Position numbers and translations under genes: made by a program | Notes under the pieces: generated by a model | What the model was told of the DNA's origin: nothing | Seen by the model: only the letters and a program-made list of their open reading frames with translations | The model's database searches: none | From: Fimicolochytrium jonesii | Taxonomy: Eukaryota | Length of the DNA stretch: 64,000 bases | Assembly: GCF_025526975.1 (NCBI RefSeq) | Contig: NW_026515669.1 | Location: 806,001 to 870,000 of the forward strand | Direction of reading: 5' to 3' | Shown here: positions 13,944 through 26,280 of the stretch, piece after piece | Position numbering within the stretch: the stretch's first letter is position 1 | Layout: each line of letters begins with the position of its first letter

Positions 13944-14951
13944 GATGTGCTCATGTCGTTGCTGGAATGAGATGAAACGCGGTCGATGAGCCTGCAGTAC
14001 CCTACGAGGACATTTGGCGTAGGTAGCCTCTTTAGCAGAGGCCGGACTGGGTGGAGCTTCCATCCTTCTCCCTTCATGTCTATATATACTGGTTCGTTCG
14101 ATCACACCCCAAAACATTCGGCTGTGAAGAAAATGCCGTTCTTTCGAAAAGCCACCAGGCATTCGAACTTGCCCAGAGCCACACAACCTTTTCATTTCAA
14201 CTTATGATCAGGAACGTCTTTTCAAACAAAATGAGGAACTTCCGAGCCGAAACTATAGTTCTTTTTTTATCGAGAAAGGAAGTCTGGAAAGTGGATGATA
14301 GGCTTATCCTGTCCTACATTATTGGTTCCCAAGAGCCCAAGACTAACTTATAATAAGATTCGCAGCCAGATGCTGTGTTCATTACGACGTCATGGCATTC
14401 TGCTTGATTCTCAGACCACAGAGATATATCGGATCGCTGGAACAAACAACGTCGATTCCTTGCAGTAGACTTTCGACAGGTTGGGCAATTGTTGGTTACC
14501 AAATAAAGGTTCTTTCCTTTCCGGCAGTCTGGCAGTCGGAAGCTCAAGCTGGACATCCAATGGTCTACCAAGCTCCGTAGCCCGAAGATCTTCCGCCGAT
14601 CCTTCCGATTTTCGACGGGGGCTCGGCGGGGCGAGAAAATGGGGAGGTTCAACGACCTGTAATAGGGATGCCGCGTTTTTTGGAAGGTCCTTCTAGCAGG
14701 ATATTCCCGCAAAACCGTACTGTACTCAGAACTAACCCCTCTCGCTCTGCATGCCATTGTGGACTTTATGCGGCTCCCTCACCGCTGCCCCTCACTGCTG
14801 CTGCCTATTACACACTGATTTACTGGTCCCACCCTGATAGGTTTATCTTGTCCGCCGCCCCTGTTTCCTGTTATTATACCTGTGTATTTGTCAATCCGCC
14901 AGACTCGGCTCGTGTCCGGCGCGCTTCCTTACCAACTCATAACACCTCAGC

Positions 14952-17808
14952 ATGTCGTTTCGCAAGAGGGACCTGCAGGCGGGAAGTGGATCCAACGGAT
15001 GCGACAGCGACTCCAATTCGTCTCGAGATAGTGGAGGGGGTGGGCGTTCGTCCAATGATGGCTTCATGGGACAAGGGCGGAGCAGCAAAGCCCGCCAACG
15101 AAGCCCGCTGCCTTTCACTACAAAAGACAAAGAGGCGGAAGTCGAAGCGAAAGAAGCCACCGACCAAATGGGGTCTGTTTGCCCGGCTTTTGCGTTAGCC
15201 GCGGCAGACCCCTCGATGAGCTCTGACGAAGAGACCGGCGACCTTCCAATGGCCATGCCAGCGAACTTTAGCGTAGCGTCACAAAAGCGCGGAGGCCTCG
15301 CTGGGAGAAGCTTCTCTGAAGCCGATCCAAAAACAAGCAACATGGGACTGCCATCAGCCTCCTACAGCGTAGCATCGCAGAAGCGTGGGGGATTTGCGGG
15401 GAGGACCTTCTCCATGATAGGCGGGTCGTCATATTCCATCGGCACTAATCGGAGTAGCAATACGAGAAAGCCGCCAAAACGGAAGCCTTCACCTTTTATG
15501 GTCATTCCCGATGCCCCCCATGTCATTGCTGCGAGAGAGGCGTTGAAACCTAATGCGTCGAATAGCGTTGGCGAACTGGGTCCGAGACCCAGAGAGGGAA
15601 GCGTGTTCGATTTAGGAATCGCAACTAGCTTGGCTAGTATCGAAAGTGAAGCTCGTCCGGCGCGTGGAACTGTCGTTGACGAGATCAAGGTCGAAAACGG
15701 CGAAGTGTCGGACATGCCAGTCGCAACAATATCGCCAACGGAAGAGGGGTCATGGACGCTGAAACGAATATGCATCGAAGCGGCGACAATGCCGCTCTTG
15801 ATGATGATTTCGCTGTTCACATATTGTCCGTTTTGCATAGCTGTGGTGGTGCAATCAACTGTGCAGGGACACGCTGTCAACACCGATAATTGGAAAGAGG
15901 AAGTTCATGGATGGTCATGGCTGATCGGGCTGACGGTCTTCGGCGGCTTACTCATATACCCTATCCGAGTCGCCGGTTGGCTCGGGAGCATCGAAAATGC
16001 CAGCGGCGACGGCATGTCTTTGAAAGTTGGAGGAGTCCTTGCCGCATTTTTATGCATACTCGTAGCGGTGCAGATTCTCACAGCTCAATACGCCTTTTTG
16101 AAACCGGGATTAGGCATCGTCACGTTTCCCGCAAACAAGAGCCTTGACCTGCTGCATTGGCGGAACATCCTTCCGCTCGTCTCTCCGTTGTTCGATTTCG
16201 TGCAATTCACATCCCTCGCATGGCGGACGAGACCTTCGGACTCATGGGTGTGCGCCTCTCCGCAACTTGGGAGGCTTATGCACATCCTTATTCGTGTATT
16301 CACGTTTCGTTTCGCTGCCATAACGTGCGCCTCTATCATGGCGGACGAATCTTCCGCCGCCGCTATGAAAGAAACATTAGGTGGCTTGAATGCAACCGTG
16401 GGGATCGACGAAATGCTCTTGTCAACAAATCCGGCGGAAGTGAATTTCGCTGGTGCTGGTGTTGCCTTCGGTTTCTGTACGATATATGCGCTTCTCCTAG
16501 GATACGCGATCGCAAAATTGCTGCAACCCGGACATTGGCTCTGCGGAATCGTGTTTGAGATCTTTGCGGGACTTGGTTACATGCCTATTGTCAGCAGACT
16601 TCTAGCGTTGCTTTCTTGCCGACCTTATGTAAGTTCATTCCCCGTACGCAACTTGCTCGTAGTCGAATGACTCATGATATCTCTCAGACCCTCTCCGACG
16701 GCAAGAAAATCCTGTATCTCGCTGATTCCGACAATAGCCTAGTTCGAACACAATGCTTCACCGGCGGCCACAAGAAATGGGGAGGAATGGCCCTCGCGGG
16801 CTTGCTGTTGTTTGGGCTGTCTGCGATTTTCGTGGGTTCATACAAAGGTTGGTGCACCCATACAAAGGTTGGTGCACGTAGTTTGTTGGTATAACCATGG
16901 ATGCTAATCGAGTGTGGCGCTCCTAGCCGATAAGCATGTACGTCGATCGGCGGTAACGTTTATACCTCGTATCGTCGTCGTTCGACGTTTTATGACGTCC
17001 TTTCTATTGTGTGAGTTGTGGAGGAACTCGCCCATTGTTCACTGCGTACTTGGATTCCATTGGTTTCTCCCATCTAAACTGGTTCATTCCTCTGTACATA
17101 GTCATCAATCTCGTCCTACGCTACATTATCGAGGACGATGTGTACCTCTCCTACGCTACACAAGCCACCGGCATCATCATCTTGTCCGGCCTCATCTTTA
17201 TCGACGTCTATTACAACTCTTGCACCTTCGATGAAATCCGCATTCTAGCGCTGGGATCCCATCTTGCGGGGCTATGGTCGTACATCGCCGTTCTGCTCGT
17301 GACCACGAAACGAGTGAGGGACGATACAGGCGCCTTGATGATGTTCGTCGGGTGGTTGGCTGTCCTCTGCAGTATCGGCATCAAAATGTACTTTGTTCGC
17401 CGGAAAAGCAAGGCAGACTTCGAAGCTCTCAAGAGTTATCCCCACGGCAACGGCGCCGAAGAAGGGAAAAGCGTAGGCTTCTCCAGCCAGACCATGGTGT
17501 TCAAGGTCGTCACTCTCCGTCGTCGGATCCAAGTCGCCATTGGCGCGGGATACGAGGACGAAGATATCGCCATCGCCGCCGCCCTGCATCGGGAGCGTCA
17601 TCCCGAGGACTTCCAAGGGCAGGATGAAATAGAGGAGAAATTCTCGAGCGCCTTCGGTGAGGGGCCACCCGACGAGGTCAATAACATCCTTGTTTCTGCA
17701 CCTGTGGACGAGACCGAGGCCAGCCCATCGTGGGAAGATGATGTGCTTACGCCCGCAGAGACGAAGAGAGTGTTTAGTTCAACAAATCTAGAGAATCTGG
17801 ACCCTTGA
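14952..17808 (+). CDS. Multi-pass membrane protein with a long disordered N-terminus; family uncertain
   Basis: ORFs 14952-16670, 16616-16894 and 17011-17808 joined by introns; about 10-12 hydrophobic segments; LLSC...YLAD...CFTGGH loop. Confidence 0.65.
16839..16878 (+). repeat. 20-bp tandem duplication CATACAAAGGTTGGTGCAC(C/G) x2 spanning a splice donor
   Basis: Read directly from the sequence. Confidence 0.9.
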
Positions 17809-17972
17809 AATATTCGTAACACCAGACATTTTTCCAGCCTCCTCATGTGCTTATCTTTTTGGACAATTTTTTAGACAGCGCACGTTTAATACATATATAC
17901 ATAGCTAGTGCTATCATACATCTATGCTAGCAATCGCGAGTCTACCTACGTACTTGGGATGCAGCTCATCGA

Positions 17973-19031
17973 TCATCGAAAGCCCGCACTGACATCGGGA
18001 TACACGTCAAACCGCCTCTGGGTAGTCACCGGAATCGCCTGCCGTGTGGAAGCGATCTTCCCCAAATCTACATCAGCATAGACAATATCCTCCTTCCCAT
18101 CCGTCGTTCCAATCACCGCTCCCATGGGATCTACAACGGACGAGTGCCCGTATGCAATGTAGCCTGCACCGGCATCTCGTGCTGGTGAACATGCTGCGGT
18201 GTAGATCTGGTTATCGACCGCTCGAGCACGCAATAAGAGCTCCCAGTGCAAGGGGCCGGTCGTCATGTTGAATGCCCCTGGGTATATCATTGCCACGCAA
18301 CCTTGGCGGGCAGCTATCATGGCGAGTTCTGGGAAACGGATGTCATAGCCTGGTGGTTTGAACGGTCAATTTGTCATCATCTTGCCATGACATGTAGCCG
18401 CAGAATCCAGTGCATGTGGCATCACAACTTACATATTCCAACACCAATCTTTCCAAATATGGTATCCACTACAGTCACTTTGTTGCCTGCACTCAACACC
18501 TCAGACTCCTTGAAAGTGATCCCTCCCGGTACCGAGATATCAAACAAATGCACTTTTCGATGCACTCCGATCCGTGCCCCTGTAGGATCCCACACCGTAC
18601 AGGTGTTGAAAAAGCTGCCTTTCGACGGGCTTGATGTCGAACTAGGGGCCTGTTCTGGGAACGATCCTCCAATCAAATATACACCTGCATCTTTAGCCAT
18701 GCTTTGCAAGGCTTGTGAGGACTCGCCGTCTAGGAGCTCGGCGTATTTGGGGAAATGGGACGTGCCGTATGGTGAGTTGAAGCACTCTGTATATATATCC
18801 ATGAAACAGTTAGGAACGGTCGGTCGTACTGCCGAACCATGGTAAAGAGAGTAAACAGTAGGCAGAAACGTGATGCAGACCTGGCAAAACAACTACTTCA
18901 GCCCCATTCTTCTTGGCTTCCAACACCCTCGTCCTGGCGAGTGACAGGTTTGCTTGCTTGTTCGCGGTGACCAAGAGTTGCACTAAAGCGATCTTGAACG
19001 ACCTCGCGGTGCTGGAGGCGGTGGCTGCCAT
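17973..19031 (-). CDS. NIT3: Omega-amidase (nitrilase superfamily; animal Nit2 / yeast Nit3), 3 exons
   Basis: Motifs [72 protein letters not shown] and QRRFDVY; E-K-C triad present. Confidence 0.95.
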
Positions 19032-19422
19032 TGCCGGTTCGATTCTCTGAAGAAAGGAAAGGTATCTTTATAGGGCTTGACAGTGGGTGTGAGGTACGAG
19101 GCCGTCACTGAGCGGTGCGTTTAGGAGATGAGACCGTAAAGAATTTTGGTAAGGAGCGAGAATGTCGGAGGACTTCCCCGCCTTCAAAGCGAGCATTCCC
19201 CTCATGCCCCCATGCCGATTGAGACCACGGCCTCGAACAAGCTTCGAACGAAACATAATTTATTCACATAAGAGCATAGGATATTAGGAAAGTAACAAAA
19301 AGCCAGCGGTCTCTAAGTGCCCATCGTCTTCCAGTCGCCCACTAGCAGCCCATTAGGTTCCCATCCCGGCTCCAGTCGATAGTGCCACATTTCCTACCCC
19401 ATACCCCAACACCGAGACCACA

Positions 19423-22392
19423 ATGGGTCGCCGCAAAAACTACATCTCAGACGACGGCGACAGCTCCGGAGACGACGAGCGTAGCAACGGACGCTACCCC
19501 AACGAAGAGCCTGGCGTCGCCAACGCTGATCTAGCAGAAGAAGCCGCGCTGTTCGCGAACCCGTATGGGCACGGTCGAAAAAGGCGGCGGGGGAAGGAGG
19601 ATGCCATTTACGGCGTTTTCGGAGAGAGTGACGAGGAAGGGGATAAAGCGAGGTCTGGAGGGAGAAGTGGAGGTCGGGGCGGGAGGGGTGGGAGGTACGT
19701 GACGGGTGTGAACTTCGTTTCAGCGAAAGCTCCGCCATCACGCCGCCAGGACGACGAGGACGAGGATGAGGATAAGGACGAGGACGAGGATAACGAGGAG
19801 GGGAGGCGGCAAGAAGATGACGATGATCCGATGGACGTGGATGAAAAGCCATCGTTTGGTGCAGGCCTGGGATTCGCATCACATGGAGACGAGATGGAGG
19901 ACGCGCGGCCAGGATTTGGGGCCGCCAACGGCTTTGGACTCGGTTTTGGTAGAGCGGGCCTGGGGGCATCGACGTCGAATGAACAGAATGCAGACACCGA
20001 TGGATCGAGTACGGACTTTAGGCCAACTATGGGAAGCTTTCCAACTGCGTTCGGCAATCAGAAGAAGTCAAAAGCACGGACAGAAACTGCATCGCCAAGG
20101 TCATCGCCCACGCCTGCGTACAGGGCGCCTCGCCAACCGGTTGACAGAGACTTTGGAAGATTCGATACTTCTGGCATCGCTGCCAAGATGATGGCGAAGA
20201 TGGGGTATAAGAGGGGAGAGGGTCTCGGAAAGTATGGAGAAGGAATAGCAGCCCCAATCGACGTGAAGCTGCGGCCGACACGAGCCGGACTGGGTCTGGT
20301 AGACGAACGAACCGATGCGATCAAGAAGGAACAGCGAGAGAAAGCCCTTCAGGAAGACGACAGCGATGAAGCAGACCGGACACCTGCTCCGAAGAAAGAG
20401 GTTCGCACGGGACAGTGGAAACAGAACGCGAGGAAGCCCAAAGTCGCTTACAAGAGCGCTCAAGAGCTGATAGCGGATCAGGAAGCGGTGCCAATCACCA
20501 CGACGGGCGCCACGCAGGCGACCAAAATCCTGGATATGACGGGTCGGGAGGTGCGCGAGCTTGCCAACGTCTCGGAAGTAGCGTCAAGTAGCGCTGCATT
20601 TGACGTAACGGCCGCGAGATTGCCTGAGCTCCGCCACAATGTACGTCTGCTTGCGGATATGGCACAGCAAGACTTGCTGCAGATAGGTCGCCAACTACGG
20701 ATAGAACAGACGAAGAGGAAGCAGTTGGAGAACCAACAGGAGAAGATCGCCCTGCATGTCGAAGCTGAGCGCAAACAAACCGTTCAGCTAAAAGCCGTGA
20801 TGGAGATCGCCAATGAATGCCAAACGTATTCGAAGCAGTTTACGGTCAACTTCGAGACGGCAAACCTCGAGTCCCTGGTGGCGGCATTTTCGGGACCATT
20901 CCAAAAACTGCAGACGACGTATTTCGAGGAGTACAAGACGTATCGGCTGGATGAGCTGGTGGTTGCATCTTTGACGCCGATTGTAAAACGCCTGCTGGCG
21001 GATTGGCAGCCACTGTCCGATCCACGATACGGTTCCGATGCGTTCCGGGAATGGAAGCGGCTGCTCATTCTGCCATCCCCATCACACTATGTAAACGGCG
21101 GCCGAGGCGAGCCAGATATAGGCAGTGGGTGGATGAGTCCATATGAGAGCATGATGTACAACCTATGGCTCCCCAAAGTCCGGCAAGCCATCAACAACGA
21201 GTGGGATCCCAAACACCCGGACGCAGCCATTGCGTTAGTAGAAGCATGGCATCTTCCTCCAACGAGAAACAACGCGCCCGTCGACCTCGATGCGGATAAC
21301 GACCCCTCTGTTCTTATACCTTCTTGGCTGTATCACAACATTCTCGAGCAGCTGATACTCCCAAAACTGGTGCGAGCGATCGATCAGTGGAATCCTGCTC
21401 AGGACCCGCTTCCGGTGTATACCTGGATTCATCCATGGTTACCGCACTTGGCGGATCATATGGAAGGCATTTTCACTACTATTCGGCACAAGTTTAATGT
21501 TTCGTGGAGGGATAGGAAGTGGACGCCGGCTGACCCGAGCGCGTTTGAAACGTTGCTTCCATGGCGAGAGGTAGGACATTCGGTTTTGCATGAAAGTCCC
21601 TATCCTAACATGTATACTCATGCCATGCACTTCCAGATCTTCCGGCCATCCGACATGGAGTCGCTGGTCATGAAAGCGATCCTTCCCAAACTGGTCGAGA
21701 CGCTGCAAAAAGACTTCTCCGTCAACCCCGCCAACCAAGACCTAACACCGCTGCAGAACGTGCTAACATGGCGGCCATTCGTCCCCAACCACCTCTTCGT
21801 CCACCTCCTCGAAACCGAGTTCTTCCCCAAATGGCACTCGGTCCTCTGGACATGGCTCTGCAGCCCCGGCGTAAGCGGCGAGGAAATCACCATGTGGTAC
21901 CGCAGCTGGAAAACACAGGTGTTCCCTCCCGATCTCGTGAAGGAGACCGGTATCGCTATTCAGTTCAAGGCTGGGTTGGACATGATGAACCGCAGCATTG
22001 AGATGGGTGGGGCGCGTGGACCCATGCCTGCGATGCCACCGCCGATCGCGTTCTTGTCCGAGACGGCCGCTGCGGGAGGGAGGGTCAGCGGCGGCGCAGG
22101 CGGGCGATCGCGGATGGGAGCACCCGGCATGTCTGCCATGGACTCCTTCAAGGATTACGTGGAGCGGGTTGCCAGCGAGCATGACTTGCTCTTTGCGCCA
22201 ATCAACCGCGTGCATCCGACAACAGGGAAGGCGCTGTTCAGGTTGGCTCCTGCCTCGAAAGCGATCGCTGGGACCGGCGGGATCATTGGGTATATGGATG
22301 AAGGTGTGCTCTTCATCGAAGACGAGAATGGTGGATGGAAGCCGATTGGGGTGGAGGAAGCTATGAGTTTAGCGGCCAAGAAGAAGCGATAG
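19423..22392 (+). CDS. TFIP11: G-patch spliceosome disassembly factor TFIP11/Ntr1(Spp382), with one in-frame intron at 21571-21636
   Basis: TIP_N-like KEDAIYGVFGE; G-patch GIAAKMMAKMGYKRGEGLGKYGEGIAAPI; GCFC region PELRHNVRLL, ILPKL, EFFPKW. Confidence 0.92.
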   Translation: MGRRKNYISDDGDSSGDDERSNGRYPNEEPGVANADLAEEAALFANPYGHGRKRRRGKEDAIYGVFGESDEEGDKARSGGRSGGRGGRGGRYVTGVNFVSAKAPPSRRQDDEDEDEDKDEDEDNEEGRRQEDDDDPMDVDEKPSFGAGLGFASHGDEMEDARPGFGAANGFGLGFGRAGLGASTSNEQNADTDGSSTDFRPTMGSFPTAFGNQKKSKARTETASPRSSPTPAYRAPRQPVDRDFGRFDTSGIAAKMMAKMGYKRGEGLGKYGEGIAAPIDVKLRPTRAGLGLVDERTDAIKKEQREKALQEDDSDEADRTPAPKKEVRTGQWKQNARKPKVAYKSAQELIADQEAVPITTTGATQATKILDMTGREVRELANVSEVASSSAAFDVTAARLPELRHNVRLLADMAQQDLLQIGRQLRIEQTKRKQLENQQEKIALHVEAERKQTVQLKAVMEIANECQTYSKQFTVNFETANLESLVAAFSGPFQKLQTTYFEEYKTYRLDELVVASLTPIVKRLLADWQPLSDPRYGSDAFREWKRLLILPSPSHYVNGGRGEPDIGSGWMSPYESMMYNLWLPKVRQAINNEWDPKHPDAAIALVEAWHLPPTRNNAPVDLDADNDPSVLIPSWLYHNILEQLILPKLVRAIDQWNPAQDPLPVYTWIHPWLPHLADHMEGIFTTIRHKFNVSWRDRKWTPADPSAFETLLPWREVGHSVLHESPYPNMYTHAMHFQIFRPSDMESLVMKAILPKLVETLQKDFSVNPANQDLTPLQNVLTWRPFVPNHLFVHLLETEFFPKWHSVLWTWLCSPGVSGEEITMWYRSWKTQVFPPDLVKETGIAIQFKAGLDMMNRSIEMGGARGPMPAMPPPIAFLSETAAAGGRVSGGAGGRSRMGAPGMSAMDSFKDYVERVASEHDLLFAPINRVHPTTGKALFRLAPASKAIAGTGGIIGYMDEGVLFIEDENGGWKPIGVEEAMSLAAKKKR

Positions 22393-22787
22393 ACATCCCG
22401 GCGGCCTTACGTGTATCTATGTGTAAATAGTAATCGCAGCGGTGAGAGAGAGCATCCAGTAGCTCAACGTTGCCTCATGCGCAAATTCGTCTGCTTCATG
22501 TTAAGGGTCTCTGCGCAAATCTGGTTTCCTTAAGTCCAGACTGATAGACATCGCCCGTACCCAAAATGACAGGATGAACAGTATGACACCGGCGACGCTG
22601 GACATCTCCTCGAAACTCGAAATCGGCCATCCACCAGTTCGCCGCACGGAAGCGATATGCAAAATCAGATTTGGCACTCAACGCACAACACGTTGCTTAT
22701 TTGTTTATTCCTCAAGAAAAGAATATATGGACAGGTAGAGGGGGTGAGAGGCGGGTGTGAGCGAGAGTAAATAATGGAGTAAACCAT

Positions 22788-23736
22788 TTACGCCTCAGTG
22801 AGTTCGCGAACTGCATAGAGTCTGAAGTCAGCGATCGGTCGCATTTGATGAGAAGATGTGAGCAAGGGAAACTTACGACGACGAACAGTGCTGCGAACGG
22901 TGGCGGCGGCGGTGGTACCAACAGTCCATGCTCCACCGGCAAGAGTCTTCCTGCAGCCCTTGCACTTCCAGATACCGACAGCTTGCCTCTTGACAGCGTC
23001 CTAGCGTTTCAAAAGAGTCCGATGGTCAGTCCCAGTTCCGAACAACCGTTCCTCAGCGCCGCTATCATGCTTCTCGGTATTTCTCGTGAGCAGCCTCCTC
23101 CCGAGTACTAGACTCCTCCTAGGTCGATCTCGGAAACAGGACCGTGTCCGCTTTCCTGCTTCAACAAGGGACTGACAAACCGCGTGCGCTGCGTATTCGT
23201 AGTCGCCCGTTTCCTCCTAGTCGTCGCCTCTCTCAGGCTGATCCCTCTAATCCCCCCTCCGGCCGAGAGTCAAATGCAGGGATGCTAACCTTTCCGCAGA
23301 AAGTGCACGTGTACTTGGCGTGCTGGGTAATTTCCATCTTCTTCACCTGCTTACGCAGGGAGGCACCGTAACGGGTACCGTACTTTCCGGTCACTCCAAC
23401 CTTCTTGGTGCGTTTCTGTTATGAGGGAATATCAAATGGATGCCGCATGTTAGTCGATGCATTCCCATGACCGTTGAATCGTGCCTTCTCCATGCGTCTG
23501 TCGTCCTCAATGATCACTCTGCCACAGTTGTCCCCTTCCTATCTACGGCGCTCGCCCCATATCCGGAATGGCATTCCCGTCGGCATGCTGCCACTCCGAC
23601 ATTACATGAGTCCATTCGGCATTCCCATGTCCCCTTCGTCGACCTAATCCAACATCGGCAAAAATCCATCCATCTCCCTGTTATCCTGCAATCGTCCTCC
23701 GCTGCTGCTGCTGCTGCTGTCGACACTTACGGCCAT
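22788..23736 (-). CDS. RPL43: 60S ribosomal protein eL43 (L37a), 92 aa; exons 23731-23736, 23290-23415, 22877-23000, 22788-22810
   Basis: Manual splicing gives [92 protein letters not shown]; all introns are GT-AG. Confidence 0.97.
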
Positions 23737-24116
23737 TTCTGCGACTCTTCCAGCGGATGGATGGAATGGATGGATGGATCGAGCAACCTCAAAGAAGGGG
23801 TTATTTGCTCCGTGTGGGTGAGGTCGGCCGGGTCCCTCGCCCAGCGCGATTCTGCATTCCAGGAACGCCACTGCAGAACACGCCAGTTGCAATGAGGAAA
23901 AATCCGTCGTTTAAAACGGTCACATGCTTTCTCCAGGATTTATATATTCTATTCTCGAGCAATCAGGCAAGGCTTGCTTCATTTGAAGCGGCATTTTCCG
24001 AACGACATTCCTGTGACGAAACGAAGCCCCACGACGGCGTAGCCTCTTTGCATAACCCACCGCAAGAACGACGCATAACGACCAGTTCATAGAAGGGGAA
24101 CGCAGCATCAGCAACA

Positions 24117-25202
24117 ATGACGTCCGCGGCGATAGCAAGCGATGCCTCGCACCACCACACAGCAACGTTGTCGAACACTCCGGCGACGCAACCACGGACC
24201 CATTTTGTCATAGGGACAAGACAGTCTCAGCTGGCCATGGTGCAAGCGGAAGCAGTGCTCGCAGCCCTGCAAAAGCAGCACCCAACCTACACATTCACAA
24301 TCCACGGCATGACGACGAAAGGAGACAAAGTCCTCGACACAGCTCTGTCGAAAATCGGCAGCAAATCGCTGTTTACGAAAGAATTAGAAGTCGCACTGGC
24401 GAACGGGACGGTGGACTTGGTCGTGCACTCTTTGAAGGACCTGCAAACTGTTCTGCCTGAAGGGATGACTGTAGGAGCCATGACGGAGCGCGAGGACCCC
24501 CGAGACGCACTGGTCGTGTCGATAGCAGGCACCGCAAAGGGTTACATAACCATCGAGGACCTCCCAGACGGCAGCATCGTGGGATCCAGCTCCGTCCGTC
24601 GCATCGCACAGCTGAAGAGACGGTTCCCGAACTTGATCTTCCAAGACGTTCGTGGGAACTTGAACACGCGGTTGAGCAAGCTTGATGCGCCGCAGGGACC
24701 GTACACGGCTCTCCTGCTAGCGTATGCGGGCTTGCATCGGTTGGGATGGAACGATCGCATCTCGTATGTGCTGCCACCGGATACAATGCTACATGCGGTC
24801 GGACAAGGCGCGCTTGGGATCGAATGTAGGGAGGACGATGTGGATACCGTGCGGCTACTTGCACCGTTGGATCACTGGCAAACGAGGGTGCGGTGTACGG
24901 CTGAGCGGTCATTCATGCGATACCTAGAAGGCGGATGTAGTGTTCCTTTGGGAGTGTGGACAGAATTGGAACTCGATGAGGAAGGCGTACCGAAGCTGAT
25001 ACGTCTGAAGGGATCAGTCTCGAAGGTTGATGGGTCTATCGAGATCAGGGAAGAAGCTGAGGCGGGATTGACGGGTGAGAGGGTGGCGGATCTGGAGGCC
25101 GCAGAGGAACTCGGCAAGCGTGTAGGGGACATGGTCGTCGCGAAGGGCGCCCGCGACATTTTGGAAGACATCAAGCGCCGGAGAGTTGCCCCTCTCGATT
25201 AG
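24117..25202 (+). CDS. HEM3: Porphobilinogen deaminase (hydroxymethylbilane synthase), intronless
   Basis: Motifs IGTRQSQLAMVQ, LFTKELE, VHSLKD, REDPRDA, RGNLNTRLSKLD, AVGQGALG and LEGGCSVP. Confidence 0.97.
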   Translation: MTSAAIASDASHHHTATLSNTPATQPRTHFVIGTRQSQLAMVQAEAVLAALQKQHPTYTFTIHGMTTKGDKVLDTALSKIGSKSLFTKELEVALANGTVDLVVHSLKDLQTVLPEGMTVGAMTEREDPRDALVVSIAGTAKGYITIEDLPDGSIVGSSSVRRIAQLKRRFPNLIFQDVRGNLNTRLSKLDAPQGPYTALLLAYAGLHRLGWNDRISYVLPPDTMLHAVGQGALGIECREDDVDTVRLLAPLDHWQTRVRCTAERSFMRYLEGGCSVPLGVWTELELDEEGVPKLIRLKGSVSKVDGSIEIREEAEAGLTGERVADLEAAEELGKRVGDMVVAKGARDILEDIKRRRVAPLD

Positions 25203-25618
25203 CATCATCACATTAGTCGCAGAACGCGTATATATAGAGATCGCATCTGATTCACAACTCCTTTTAGATTATGTATCGCAATATCATACGGAGCCCATCT
25301 GACCCCACATACGACTGGCGATAATCTTGCTGACTCTGAGGAATCGCGGAATGGCGCGACAAAATACGCTCAATGCGAAGCGCATGCTCTGACTTGGTGG
25401 TGGCCTTCATGCAGCAGACGCCTGTGCGTCAGGCGGGGTCGGGAGACTGTGCGGCGTAATCAACGGCACAGTTACGCCGACAGATGTTCCATCCAGAGCC
25501 CACTTCCACGCGCGCCACCGAGGGTTACTGCGATCGGATACAAAATTCCAAACCGGCCTCTAAAACCCACTCTCCAACTCCTTCTGGTTTCTCCTCCTCA
25601 CGTCGACGTCTCTATAAT

Positions 25619-26280
25619 CTACTTCCCCTTCGGCGGCTCAGCATGATGCACCGCCGAGGGCGTCCACTTCCGCCCATGCGCGACCCTCGTCCACTTCGGC
25701 ACCCAGTGAATGGGCTTGATGCCGTGCCTAAACCGTTTCGATTCAACCCAGTACTTTTGTAACGGTGTCAATTCGTGCTCGCGTGGGGCGCGGCGGGCTA
25801 GTTCCTGTTGCAGGGTTGGTCAATTCAGGGCGCTGTCTCAGGATTGGGCGGTTCCCTCCACGTCAAAGCGAAGAGACATACCATCGCTCGTAACTTCACT
25901 CCGCTCTCCACTAATGTCTCTACAACGGTATCCACTGCGCGCAATCGTAGTCTGTGTCGGTACTTCTGAGTATCTGTCAGCCGGAATCTCCGCTTCCTGG
26001 AAAGTTTCCAGAACTGTAAGAGAACAGCGGTCGGAAGCCGGTATTTACATGGAGCTGACGACCGCCAGCTAGAACCCCAGCACGGCATACCCGGTGCCCC
26101 CCACTCCGTTTCTCCAGCGGTCTCACACCTCGCTAAGCGCCTGAGGCTCTCCAAAGCGAATGATTCCCGACATCCCCGTTCTGCCCGCCCTCCTTCCGAG
26201 CCTTTTCACAGACAATAGTAGAATACATACCAGACAAGACCCCCCAGCGCCACTACTGTCGACCTGAAAGCACCGAACAT
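25619..26280 (-). CDS. MRPL31: Mitochondrial ribosomal protein mL60 (MRPL31), 116 aa; exons 26231-26280, 25882-25996, 25619-25804
   Basis: Spliced product MFGAFRSTVVALGGLVW|KRRFRLTDTQKYRHRLRLRAVDTVVETL...AM|ELARRAPREHELTPLQKYWVESKRFRHGIKPIHWVPKWTRV matches fungal Mrpl31 (MFG..., GGLLWK, RLRxVD, KYW, IHKVPKWT). Confidence 0.9.

Noticed and set aside
23001..23730. snoRNAs in the RPL43 introns
   Set aside because: No clear box C (RUGAUGA) / box D pair was seen; H/ACA RNAs cannot be judged by eye
22845..23895. Several plus-strand ORFs between TFIP11 and HEM3
   Set aside because: They are antisense shadows of the spliced RPL43 gene
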